Below are positions 1 to 9,284 of a stretch of DNA of 64,000 bases, piece after piece (the first letter of the stretch is position 1; each line of letters begins with the position of its first letter). The notes beneath the pieces were generated by a model. It had not been told where the DNA came from. It searched no databases and worked only from the letters and a program-made list of their open reading frames with translations. The DNA is from Cyanidioschyzon merolae (lineage: Eukaryota): NCBI GenBank assembly GCA_000091205.1, contig AP006486.2; one strand, given 5' to 3'. The translations under genes were made by a program, and so were the position numbers.

Positions 1-132
1 GGCGATCGCGCATTCGACGCCACGCGGCTGGGCGGGCGGGCGCCAACGCCAACGCCAGCCGACGACTAGTCTTCTGGTGCACCGGTTGCGCTGTTTAGAA
101 ACGCAGGGCGCTCGACGGGCTAGCTCCACACA

Positions 133-807
133 ATGTCCGTAAGACCAGATGACGAGTACGACTATCTTTTTAAGATTGTTCTCATAGGAGATAGCGGGGT
201 GGGAAAGTCCAACCTGCTCTCGCGCTTCACACGGAACGAGTTCAATCTAGAGTCCAAGTCAACGATTGGCGTTGAGTTTGCAACGCGCTCGGTGCAAACC
301 GACGGTAAAGTGATCAAAGCGCAAATCTGGGACACTGCCGGGCAGGAGCGCTATCGAGCAATCACCTCAGCATACTATCGGGGGGCTGTTGGCGCCCTTC
401 TCGTCTATGATATATCGAAGCGGTCGTCGTTTGAAAACGCGGAACGGTGGCTGAAAGAACTGCGAGACCACGCTGACCAGAACATTGTGATTATGCTCGT
501 TGGCAACAAGTCGGACCTGAAGCATCTTCGAGCTGTGACCACGGAGGAGGGTCAGCAGTACGCAGACGCAAGGGGTCTATCGTTTATTGAGACGAGCGCA
601 CTGGACGCTTCGCACGTGGAGGAGGCCTTCGTCCGCATCCTCACCGATATTTATCGCCTAGTGCACAAGCGCCATCTGGCCAGCGGTGATCCGACAGTCG
701 CTAAATCCGCCTCGGGTGCTGTCTACCAAGCGGGGCGTGGCGAGACGATCTCCGTCGGTAACTTGTCCCATGATAATCGCTCGTCGAAGCGCAAGTGCTG
801 TAGTTAA
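133..807 (+). CDS. RAB11: Rab11-family small GTPase (single exon, complete)
   Basis: ORF translation carries G1 GDSGVGKS, switch [16 protein letters not shown] and ETSAL motifs and a C-terminal KCCS prenylation tail. It is near-colinear with Rab11A over the whole length. Confidence 0.9.
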   Translation: MSVRPDDEYDYLFKIVLIGDSGVGKSNLLSRFTRNEFNLESKSTIGVEFATRSVQTDGKVIKAQIWDTAGQERYRAITSAYYRGAVGALLVYDISKRSSFENAERWLKELRDHADQNIVIMLVGNKSDLKHLRAVTTEEGQQYADARGLSFIETSALDASHVEEAFVRILTDIYRLVHKRHLASGDPTVAKSASGAVYQAGRGETISVGNLSHDNRSSKRKCCS

Positions 808-1008
808 GGCGCCCGAGCACACGCACACGCACACATGCACCTGTTGACTGACTCGGTTAGGATCAGCGACGATAATCGCGCGTATTCCTTCGTCGGACTC
901 GGGCGTCAACCTCGGGTAACCGCACGATAAGGCGCAGACGTTTCCGAAAGCGTCATGTTCGCGGGTTCGCGCCATCTGCGAGGATTAGCATTTGCCGGAT
1001 CGGAGCAT

Positions 1009-1689
1009 TTACAGTGGATAAGAGTACTCAACCTGGTGTCCCGAATGCACGACGGCCGTCCCGAATGCATTCTGCGTGACAAAAAGCAGCATGACCTCGC
1101 CGGTGTTGCTATCCCGAATGATCCACGGGTGACCCACGTACGTGGGCTGGAAGCGGCTCTTGCCGGGTTCCAGCCACCCAAACGGTATCTCTTGACCATT
1201 GAAATCAATCCAGTTCACTTCGACGACAACACCGGAGTCAGAGAGGTTCTCAAAAAGAATTAAGGTTCGGTCTTCGGTTTCAGAAGAACGGATTCCCTCC
1301 CAGTGGGGGCGCAAGTTGGGCGCCGCGGTCAGTCCCTCAGAAAATGGCAACGTTGGCATATTCGTTTCGGGGAAAGGAGCGGGAAGCGAAATGCCGTCTT
1401 CTACCCAAAGTTGACGAGCCGGTTCCCGAACCATACGAACGATAGCTTGCTCATTTGATTGTGCTAAAGCGGCGAGTACGCCTTTGTTCTCGACAACGGA
1501 CCGCGGCGCCAGCAGCCAGTCCCAGGCGAAGGCCACAGTCGTCGTTGCGCTGCGCGAATAAGACCACTGGTTCGGTGCACAGCACCCACAACCGGAGCGA
1601 CGTCGCCATCGTATTGGAAGCTTTCTCGCACCGCCCGCATTACCAGCGGTGCTAAACCCCAAAACGTGAACAAGCGCACCCGTTCCCAT
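1009..1689 (-). CDS. VHL beta-domain-like protein (start codon uncertain)
   Basis: C-terminal half ...LILFENLSDSGVVVEVNWIDFNGQEIPFGWLEPGKSRFQPTYVGHPWIIRD aligns with the von Hippel-Lindau beta-domain ([48 protein letters not shown]). The N-terminal part is low complexity. Confidence 0.45.
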   Translation of the reverse strand: MGTGALVHVLGFSTAGNAGGARKLPIRWRRRSGCGCCAPNQWSYSRSATTTVAFAWDWLLAPRSVVENKGVLAALAQSNEQAIVRMVREPARQLWVEDGISLPAPFPETNMPTLPFSEGLTAAPNLRPHWEGIRSSETEDRTLILFENLSDSGVVVEVNWIDFNGQEIPFGWLEPGKSRFQPTYVGHPWIIRDSNTGEVMLLFVTQNAFGTAVVHSGHQVEYSYPL

Positions 1690-1819
1690 TCAAGCGCACG
1701 GAGGTCTTTTCGCGGTTGCAGCTCCCAAGCAAGCTCTGAAAATATGGTTCCGTTCAAAAAAAGATTCCCTGATACTTTACAAGTTTGTATATGTGTTAGA
1801 AAGCTGCAAGCGAAGATAC

Positions 1820-4345
1820 CGGTCTCGAGCAACACGATGTTCGAAAGTCGAACGTCGCCACCGGTGTACAGTAGTGGCGACCGGCGCCCTAGACAAGAAG
1901 TCGCTAACGGATGTGCAGACATCTCCCAGCCGCTTTGGACCGGCCACCTTCTACTGGTTCCAACTTTTTCTCGTATAGTTCCACTTTGAGAGGTTGTCCG
2001 ATAAAGTTCTCTCTTGTCGGCTCTGGAGGTCTTTTCTCTAGCACCGTACATTTCCTTATATTGATGGCGGCATTAAAGTCTCGGTTCACAAACTCCATCC
2101 GTTTCTTCCATCATTGCTTGTTCTAACCAGCGCAGGTAGTCCACGAACTTTCGTCCTCCTTTCCATTTGCTCCTCCTTCAGCGGTCCGCACTTTGCTATA
2201 TGTTCAGGGGTCCGTTGGCACTTTTCTTTCTCGACCATCTGAAGTGTACAACCCAGTTCATGGTGTGTATAGGACGTTCGAAACTCATCTATCGGTATCG
2301 TAACGAAGCGGCTTGTGCACTCCTTGTACGTTCTTGTTGACGGAGCTGTTGTACTCCCTTTCTTCGACGCCCAGCGTCCTGCCCCATACGCTACCAGGAG
2401 CCTCTGACTTCCATCCTCCTTCAAGGCGTTCAACCGGTTGAAAAAATTCGCAACCGCCCGCTGTTTTCCACAATACAAATTCATTCGCAAACGAGCCCAC
2501 CGGGGCTTGGTATACTCCGCCCACAGTGCATCCCCATGGGCAACACGAACATCCATGAATTTCCGAAAAGGTTCAAAGTCCGCTCCTCGGCTCGTCGCCT
2601 CGCTCAAAGCTTCCAGGTGATCCTTCATTTCTGCATTCCACGGACCAATTTTCTTTCTTGCATTCACTATACCGGATTCTCGATAGTATCTCGCTCTGGC
2701 GAGCCTCAAAAGACGCATGTCTGTCTGGCGTAAGTTGCAATCAGTACCATCATCCGCACGCTTGGGAGCAGCGATGGTTATGATATTTGTGTTTCTAGGA
2801 TCCCCGCCAACGACAAAGTCGTTATCCTGCACCTCCTGCATCGTAGGACCCGCCTCCTTCTCATCTTCATCCTTCGTCACGGGTGCAGCCGAGGACGGAA
2901 CTGAACAATCCGCGTTCAAGCGCCGATTGTGTGCACACAGGGCTACCCCATCGGTTTTGATCATCCCAGTAAATACCTTTTGCTTGCTCACTTTGAGACA
3001 TTTGAAATCGAAGATGTTCTTCCAGTACGTCTTCCGGTTTTCACCGGAGAACTCCTCCCTGCTAACATCGAACTCCGGACAGATCTCCTTCATGATGCCG
3101 TAAAGGATTCTGGAGTCGATAGTCACAAAATGTGACTTGATCTTGCCCAACGGAACCACGTCGAAGCGCTTCCCTACTAGGAAAGCCTTCCGTCTCTCCC
3201 ACTCTTCATTTTTCCCGTTCAGCTTCATCTCTGCCTTGCGTTCGAGTTCTCGGTCCAGAAACACGAAATAGCACAGAATGAGGCGATCGTATCTTTCCTG
3301 ATCTTTGCTCAACTCTGATACCTTGTCTGTTGGATTCGGTAGCCCCAGTACCGCACGATGCTCTTGTATAACCGCACGGATCGCAGAAGCTTCATTCGTG
3401 GTCTCGTTTGACGCCTTCTTGTCGACAAATTCTACCTCATCTTCACGCTTGCGATCTTTCATGATGCCATTGATAATCGTCCATTTTCCATTGCGAGAGA
3501 TGCCCGGGTAGAGTGCAAACACGGTGCGTATCATGAAACGTTCGAGGTTCCCTGTCTCATGGTTCTTCAGATTCGTGAGGTACTTCATCGCCCCATAGCT
3601 GTAGATATCTCGGTCACCCTTGTTTCGAGTATCTTTGAAGCTGTAAAAGGGATGTCTTTCGTGTAGGGCATGTACTTGCTCATTTTTCCCTCCGTGTTTG
3701 CCCTGAACCAAGCATCAGGTGACGAACGAAGGTCTTGTCGAAGATCTCGTCTGGAATCTCGACTGTTTTGATGGCCGCCACGTCGCGATACATCTCCCTC
3801 GCCAGATGCATCAGTCCTGACAACGCCTTGACGATACTCTTAGAGTACGAGTCGAAAAGGTTGTGGATGGCCTCTTGAAACATTTGCTTGTAGAGATCCT
3901 TGATGTAATTAAGAAGACAGGCTTTCACCACCATCTCGTTGTACAGTCGTCTTTCTTGCCGCCTTCGACGTGGGGCCTTCCCTCTTTCGGTTCTTCTTCT
4001 CCTCCTTTTCTTCTGGACACGGCACTGTTTTTTGTTTTTGTTTTCCAGCAGCCGGCGACCCTGGGCCTCCAGGATCGTCGACTCAGTTTTTCATAACTTT
4101 CCATTTTTTTGGTTTTTTTGAAAAAAGCACTCTGTGAACGCTTCTCCAATATACTACGAAAAAAACACTTGACTAGACTTGTTTGAGTTTTGAAACATAA
4201 ATGAACTGAAAAACTATACTTTGCTACGTCCTGAACGGAAATCCGACTTTTCCAGCTGAATAACACGCTACTGATCAAAATCGCGTTTCCCTTCAACAAC
4301 GGCACCGTGCGCGTCGTGTCTCATGCCTGCCAGATCTCCCAGGTG
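1820..4345 (-). mobile_element. Fanzor1-like (eukaryotic TnpB-like) element, family A, copy 1, ~2.5 kb, single ORF, no TIRs
   Basis: Ends were set by where similarity to copy 2 stops. The 5' end (in element sense) reads GCGCACCTGGGAGATCTGGC near 4345. The 3' end reads ...CCGGTGGCGACGTTCGACTTTCGAACA near 1820-1836. No terminal inverted repeats, as in IS200/605-type TnpB elements. Confidence 0.7.
1904..4104 (-). pseudogene. Fanzor1-like RuvC nuclease ORF (~730 aa reconstructed) broken by at least 3 frameshifts; largest intact piece 2086..3711
   Basis: RuvC-I QDNDFVVGGDPRNTNIITIA at ~2770-2826. Zinc finger CTSRF...HHELGC...KCQRTPEHIAKC at ~2185-2319. RuvC-III EFVNRDFNAAINIRK at ~2057-2083 sits in a -1 frame relative to upstream (1-nt deletion relative to copy 2 at ~2095). 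Further frame breaks at ~3700 and ~3930. Confidence 0.7.
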
Positions 4346-5019
4346 CGCTCACTATGCGTCGATTCGTTTTCCGATGTCAACACCTTGCCATAGAACATAG
4401 AATCCAGATTGCGGGATGGATACTGAAATAAATGAGAGCGCTCATTATTCTTCGCTCCACCTTCAAGTTCCATTACTTATACTTCCTCTGGGATCTACTG
4501 GTCGTTTCGTATATTCTATCGTGCACCGAGTGCCTGCCTCGCTGCACCTGCAATAGCGCCCGTATCGTTGGAGCAGCTGCATCACCGAGACAGAAGAGCT
4601 TTGCCATACCACTGAGGGCGTCGGATCGAGGAATACTTCTCCTCACACGGACTCGGAGTGCATAATCACTCTGGTAACCAGCATGCTGTGCTTAAAGGCC
4701 TACTGCCTGTGGCAGCGCGGAGCGATGTACTAGGAGCCACTGCGACCAGCGCAACGCCCAGAAGCAGCGTACCCGCTCCTAGTCCCAGGATAAACTGCGT
4801 TGCGGACGGACTGCTCAGATCGGACCAAAGCACCTGCCACTGGGAGGAGCATGAAGCACGAGGCTAGCTGTCTCGTACGACTCATGGGACCTTCCACCAA
4901 GAAGGTAAACCTTCGGCAATATGGAAAGCTTTCCCCTTTTAACGTTTCTCGTAGAGGGGTAACGAAATTGTTATCTCATTACTGCGTGGTCGCTCGTTGC
5001 TGTTCTTTTTCCTAGAGCG

Positions 5020-7530
5020 CAGTCTGTTAGCACACCTGGGAGATCTGGCGGGCGTGAGACACGACTTGCAACTCGCAGTTGAAGCGAAACACGATCCTGA
5101 TCATTTGTAGACTTGTTACTGTGACTGGCAAGTTGTATTTGCATGAAAGTCGTAGCAAAGTATAGTCTTTCAGTTCTATCATGTCTCAACCACCAAGTAA
5201 CTGTATTCAAGTGATATTTCGCGGTTTATAGCGGAAGCGTTAATCGTGAACTCGTTTGCAAAAATAAATAAAGTTATGGAAATGAAAGTAGAGGATCCTG
5301 GAGGGCCTGTGCCGCCGCGTGCCGAGAAAAATACGGAAAACAGTGCCGTCCATGAGGAACAGGTGAAGACGGTGAAGCAAAAGGGGGCGAACCGACACCA
5401 GAACCTGCACGAAAGACGACAGTACGACGAATTGGTAGTGAAAGCCTGTCTTCTTGAACGTAACGCGGATCCCGTGAAGCAAAAGTTCTGAGATGCCATC
5501 AGAAACCCTACTGCATCTCACTCCTTGAGTGTTTGTAACGCATCTTCAGCACCAATTCATCTGACGAAGGAGATGTACCATGACGTGACGGACATCAAAA
5601 AAGTCGAGGCTCCGGAAGAATTGTCCAACGTGACCTTCCTTCGCCACGAGATGCTTGACACATGGGAAACAACGAGGAGAAATGAGCGAGTGCATGCACT
5701 CTACGAAAATTATGCAGAGTGCCGCTCCAACGGCACTCGATATAGGGGTGACTCAAATGTTCACAATTACGTGGCGATGAAGTACCTCTCGAATCTGAAG
5801 AACAAAACGACCATGAACCTGAAACGCTTCATGATACGCTCCATCTTTGCGCTCTACCCTGGGCTGTCTCGAAAAAAAAGGATATGGGCCATCATGATTG
5901 GCATCACGAACGATCGTCGGGATGCACAGGAGATCGAATTCGTGAACAAGAGGACATCACACAGGAGAAGGAAGACGCTTCTTTGATCCGTGCGGCGATT
6001 CATAAGCACCGCGTGGTTTTGGGGCTTGTCAACCCAACAGAAAAGGTTTCAGATATGAAAAAAGATGTTTTTCCCGCATCCTGCGCTAGTTCGTGTTCCT
6101 GAAGCGTGAACTCGGACGCAAGGCCGAAAAGGAGCTGAATGGGGGAAAAATGGAGAGTTGTTGGAACGGAAAGCTTTCGTACTGGGGGAACGCTTCAATG
6201 TCGTTTCGTTTTGCAACATCTAGTCAATGTTTGTTACATTCGACTTCAGAGTCCTTCATGGCATCATGAGGGAGATCAGTCCAGGGTTCGATGTGAGGAA
6301 GATACGGTTCATCGGCGAGAAACCGGGAGACATACCAGAAGAACATCTTCGATTTGAGACATCTCAAAACGAGCAAGAAAAAGTATTAACGGAGATGATC
6401 GAAACCGATGGAGTAGCCGTATTCGTACACTATAGTCGCTTGAAGGCAGATCGTCCTGTTCCGTCTTCGCTATCGCACTTGGCGAAACGTGAAGAAAACA
6501 AGGATGCGGATCCTGCGACACAGAAAGTGCAGGATAACGACTTTGTCGTTGGCGCGAACCCCGGAAACACGAATATCGTAACCATCGCTGTGCCCAGGCG
6601 TGCGGAAGATGGTACTGACGGCAACTTACGCCAGAAAGACATGTGTCTTTTGAGGCTCGCCAGAGCGAGATACTATCGAGAATCCGGTATAGTGAATGCA
6701 AGAAAGAAAATTGGTACGTGGAATGCAGAAATGAAGGATCACCTGGAAGCTTTGAGCGAGGCGACGAGCCGAGGAGCGGACTTTGAACCTTTTCGGAAAT
6801 TCATGGATGTTCGTGTTGCCCATGGGGATGCACTGTGGGCGGAGTATACCAAGCCCCGGTAGGCTCGTTTGCGAATGAATTTGTATTGTGGAAAACAGCG
6901 GGCGGTTGCGAATTTTTTCAATCGGTTGAACGCCTTGAAGGAGAATGAAAGTCAAAGGCTGGTAGTGGCATACTGAGCAGGGCGATGGAAGACCCGAAAA
7001 GGGTGTACGCCAGCTCCAATGACAAGAGCGTACAAGGAGTGCACGACGTTTCGTTACAATGCCTGTCGATGAGTTTCGAACATCGTATGCACACCATGAA
7101 CTGGGATGTACACTTCAGAAGGTCGAGATGGAAAAGTGCTAGCGGAGCCCTGAACATATAGCAAAGTGCGGACCGCTGACGGAGGAGCAAATAGAAAGGA
7201 GAGCGAAAGTTCGTGGACTACCTGCGCTGGTTAGAACAAGCAATGATGGCAAGAAACGGATGGAGTTTGTGAACCGAGACTTTAATGCCGCCATCAATAT
7301 AAGGAAATATACCGTGCTGGAGACGAGACCTCCAGAGCCGACAAGAGAGAACTTTATTGGACAACCTCTCAAAGTGGTACTATACGAGAAGAAGTTGGAA
7401 GCAGTAGTGGGTGGCCGGTCCAAAAAGACTGCGAGGCGCCTGCACATCAGTTGGCGTCTTCTTGTCTAGGGCGCCGGTCCCCGTTACTGTACACCGGTGG
7501 CGACGTTCGACTTTAGAACAGCGTTGATGG
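5020..7530 (+). mobile_element. Fanzor1-like element copy 2 (mosaic: 5' half family-B-like, 3' ~0.7 kb ~97% identical to copy 1), inverted head-to-head with copy 1
   Basis: Same termini as copy 1 (5' ...GCACACCTGGGAGATCTGGCGGG at ~5029, 3' ...CCGGTGGCGACGTTCGACTTTAGAACAGCG at ~7526). A ~675 bp spacer (4345-5020) separates the two inverted copies. Confidence 0.7.
5246..7469 (+). pseudogene. Fanzor1-like nuclease ORF, copy 2, multiple stops/frameshifts; RuvC-I aspartate replaced by asparagine
   Basis: ORF pieces 5246..5491, 5525..5986, 6227..6862 and 7260..7469. RuvC-I reads DNDFVVGANPGNTNIVTIA (D->N at ~6557). An in-frame TAG sits in the zinc-finger region (~7141). RuvC-III MEFVNRDFNAAINIRK at 7260-7307 is in frame with LPALVRTSNDGKKR upstream. 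Confidence 0.7.
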
Positions 7531-7563
7531 CGCCGCTCTGAAAATTCGCGTACCTCCGCGAGG

Positions 7564-8292
7564 ATGCCGCCACCAAACGACTCGCAGCGGTACTTCGAAG
7601 AGGGGCCCGTTCTTGCGCACCGCACGGACTGGAAACCCATCGCTGAGCGCTCAACTGCACAGCGCCCTGAGCCAGCACTGCAGGCAACCACAGAAGCGCC
7701 GAGCTGGTGGCGACAGGTGACGCGGCGTGGCGCTCGTGTCTTCCTCTTTTACGCGCTTCTTTATCCGTTGCTGGTGCTTTGTGTGGTAGGCGGTATTGTT
7801 GGTGGGTTCATCGGCGGTTTTTGGCTTGACTGGCACGCCATTCGACTGGCCGGCAACGCCTGGCTGGCGCTTGTCTCTATTCCGTATGCGACCGGTTTCC
7901 TTGCGCTCCTGTGGTTGATGCGAGCGGAGAGCTTCCGTGGGGCTTCCGCGGGCGCACTGAGCTTCGCATCGAACGCGCTTGGGAATGCAGCTAGTCGCTG
8001 CACTGCTCGCCTTTTGTTGTCATTGTCAATATCTGGGTCACTGGCGCTCCCCGCGTTTCTCTTCCTGAGCCGGCGGGTGCCGGCAGACGCAGCCCTGATC
8101 TGCACCGCAGGCACCGCTGTGATTTGTGCTTCGCTGGCGCTATGGGCGTTCGTTTTGGAGAGTGACTGGCTGGAGCCGCGAACCTGGCTCGAGCCCACAG
8201 CCCCATCGAACGTGTGGATACGACCCTCGTACTGGCCTCGACGTGAACATTATATCGACCTGGAAGCAGCGCCTACACGGACTGGCGGATAG
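7564..8292 (+). CDS. hypothetical multi-pass membrane protein
   Basis: 242-aa ORF with several hydrophobic segments and codon bias like neighbouring genes. No recognisable domain. It starts ~35 bp after the copy-2 element end. Confidence 0.3.
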   Translation: MPPPNDSQRYFEEGPVLAHRTDWKPIAERSTAQRPEPALQATTEAPSWWRQVTRRGARVFLFYALLYPLLVLCVVGGIVGGFIGGFWLDWHAIRLAGNAWLALVSIPYATGFLALLWLMRAESFRGASAGALSFASNALGNAASRCTARLLLSLSISGSLALPAFLFLSRRVPADAALICTAGTAVICASLALWAFVLESDWLEPRTWLEPTAPSNVWIRPSYWPRREHYIDLEAAPTRTGG

Positions 8293-9284
8293 CTATTGAG
8301 GCTCTGAGCGCCTCCAAGATGCCTTCATTGTTGCGAAGCAGTGGCGCGTACTCGATTCCCGCGCTTCATCGCAGACAGGGCGGCGATGAAGTGTTCGCGC
8401 TGCCTACTCTCCAGACGGCCACTGTGACATTCAGGGTGCCTCGGACGTCGGGCAATGCACCACTAGCGGGACACCGACGCAGCGCCTCTACTCGGGAGCT
8501 GCTCGCCTCACGTCGATGCATCCCGCACGCAAAACAGTACCGAGTGACAAGTTCGTGTCTCCGTGGCATCCAGGGTACCGCGTGCTTCCGGCACCCGCTG
8601 CTGTATTGCGGGATCTATTCACATCACATTCATCACAGACTGGTTGCCGACGCAGTGCAGGCAGTGGTCGAGCAGCATCAGACCTTGTATTTTCCCAGAA
8701 ACTCGATCGTGAATGGATGTTTACAATGCAGCTCAAAGTCTGATGCTCGGTTGTCTTCGAGTGAGCACATCCTCAACGAATGTGTTTCGCAAGAAGAAAC
8801 CAGGAGCGAGCAAAGCCATCTCGCATGCCCGGAAGCACGGCATCGCTGCAGACACCACGAGCGCATCTGGGCTCTTCATCGGTGGCGCCCGATCACGCTC
8901 GTGCTGCTCTGTCGCGGAGAGTCTTGACCTGACAACCACGACACACCATCTGTCATGAATCCATGTCCCTTATTCAAAGGCATTGGACTCATGTCGGATT
9001 CTGGATAGCCTCCGCGAGCGGGTGGTATCGCGCTGTTGCGGGTGAAACCATCCAAGCGCATACCGCTTGTGTCCAAGCGTTCAAAGTGCGTGCGGTGTGT
9101 ATCGCTCCGCACGAACTCTGAGGCTCGCGGTTTGGTCGTTCGTGATGGACACGACACAAGTCCAGCGCACTGGACTCTTGTCCAGTCCACGCCGTCCAAG
9201 GTGCAGCTGATGTCTACGCGCATACGCACGGCACAGAGCGCGGACCCGAAAGCAAGACTCAATCGAATAGGTATCCGCATTGCA

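Noticed and set aside
2086-2098. An intron separating the RuvC-III block from the upstream ORF in the Fanzor gene
   Set aside because: Copy 2 reads LPALVRTSNDGKKRMEFVNRDFNAAINIRK in one continuous frame. Copy 1 differs by a single missing nucleotide (ggaagaaacgg vs ggcaagaaacgg). It is a frameshift mutation or read error, not a splice.
2438-3103. ORFs on the opposite strand of the Fanzor copies (2438..2620, 2536..2733, 2717..3103, 6430..6642, 6626..6955, 6739..6921)
   Set aside because: They are shadow ORFs antisense to the conserved nuclease ORF. Their conservation between copies simply mirrors the sense-strand conservation.
4345-5020. ORFs in the spacer between the two inverted Fanzor copies (4432..4665, 4658..4867, 4800..5015) and a 65-codon hydrophobic frame on the minus strand
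   Set aside because: They are short, lack start codons or homologs, and sit in sequence with lower coding-like bias. Treated as non-coding spacer.
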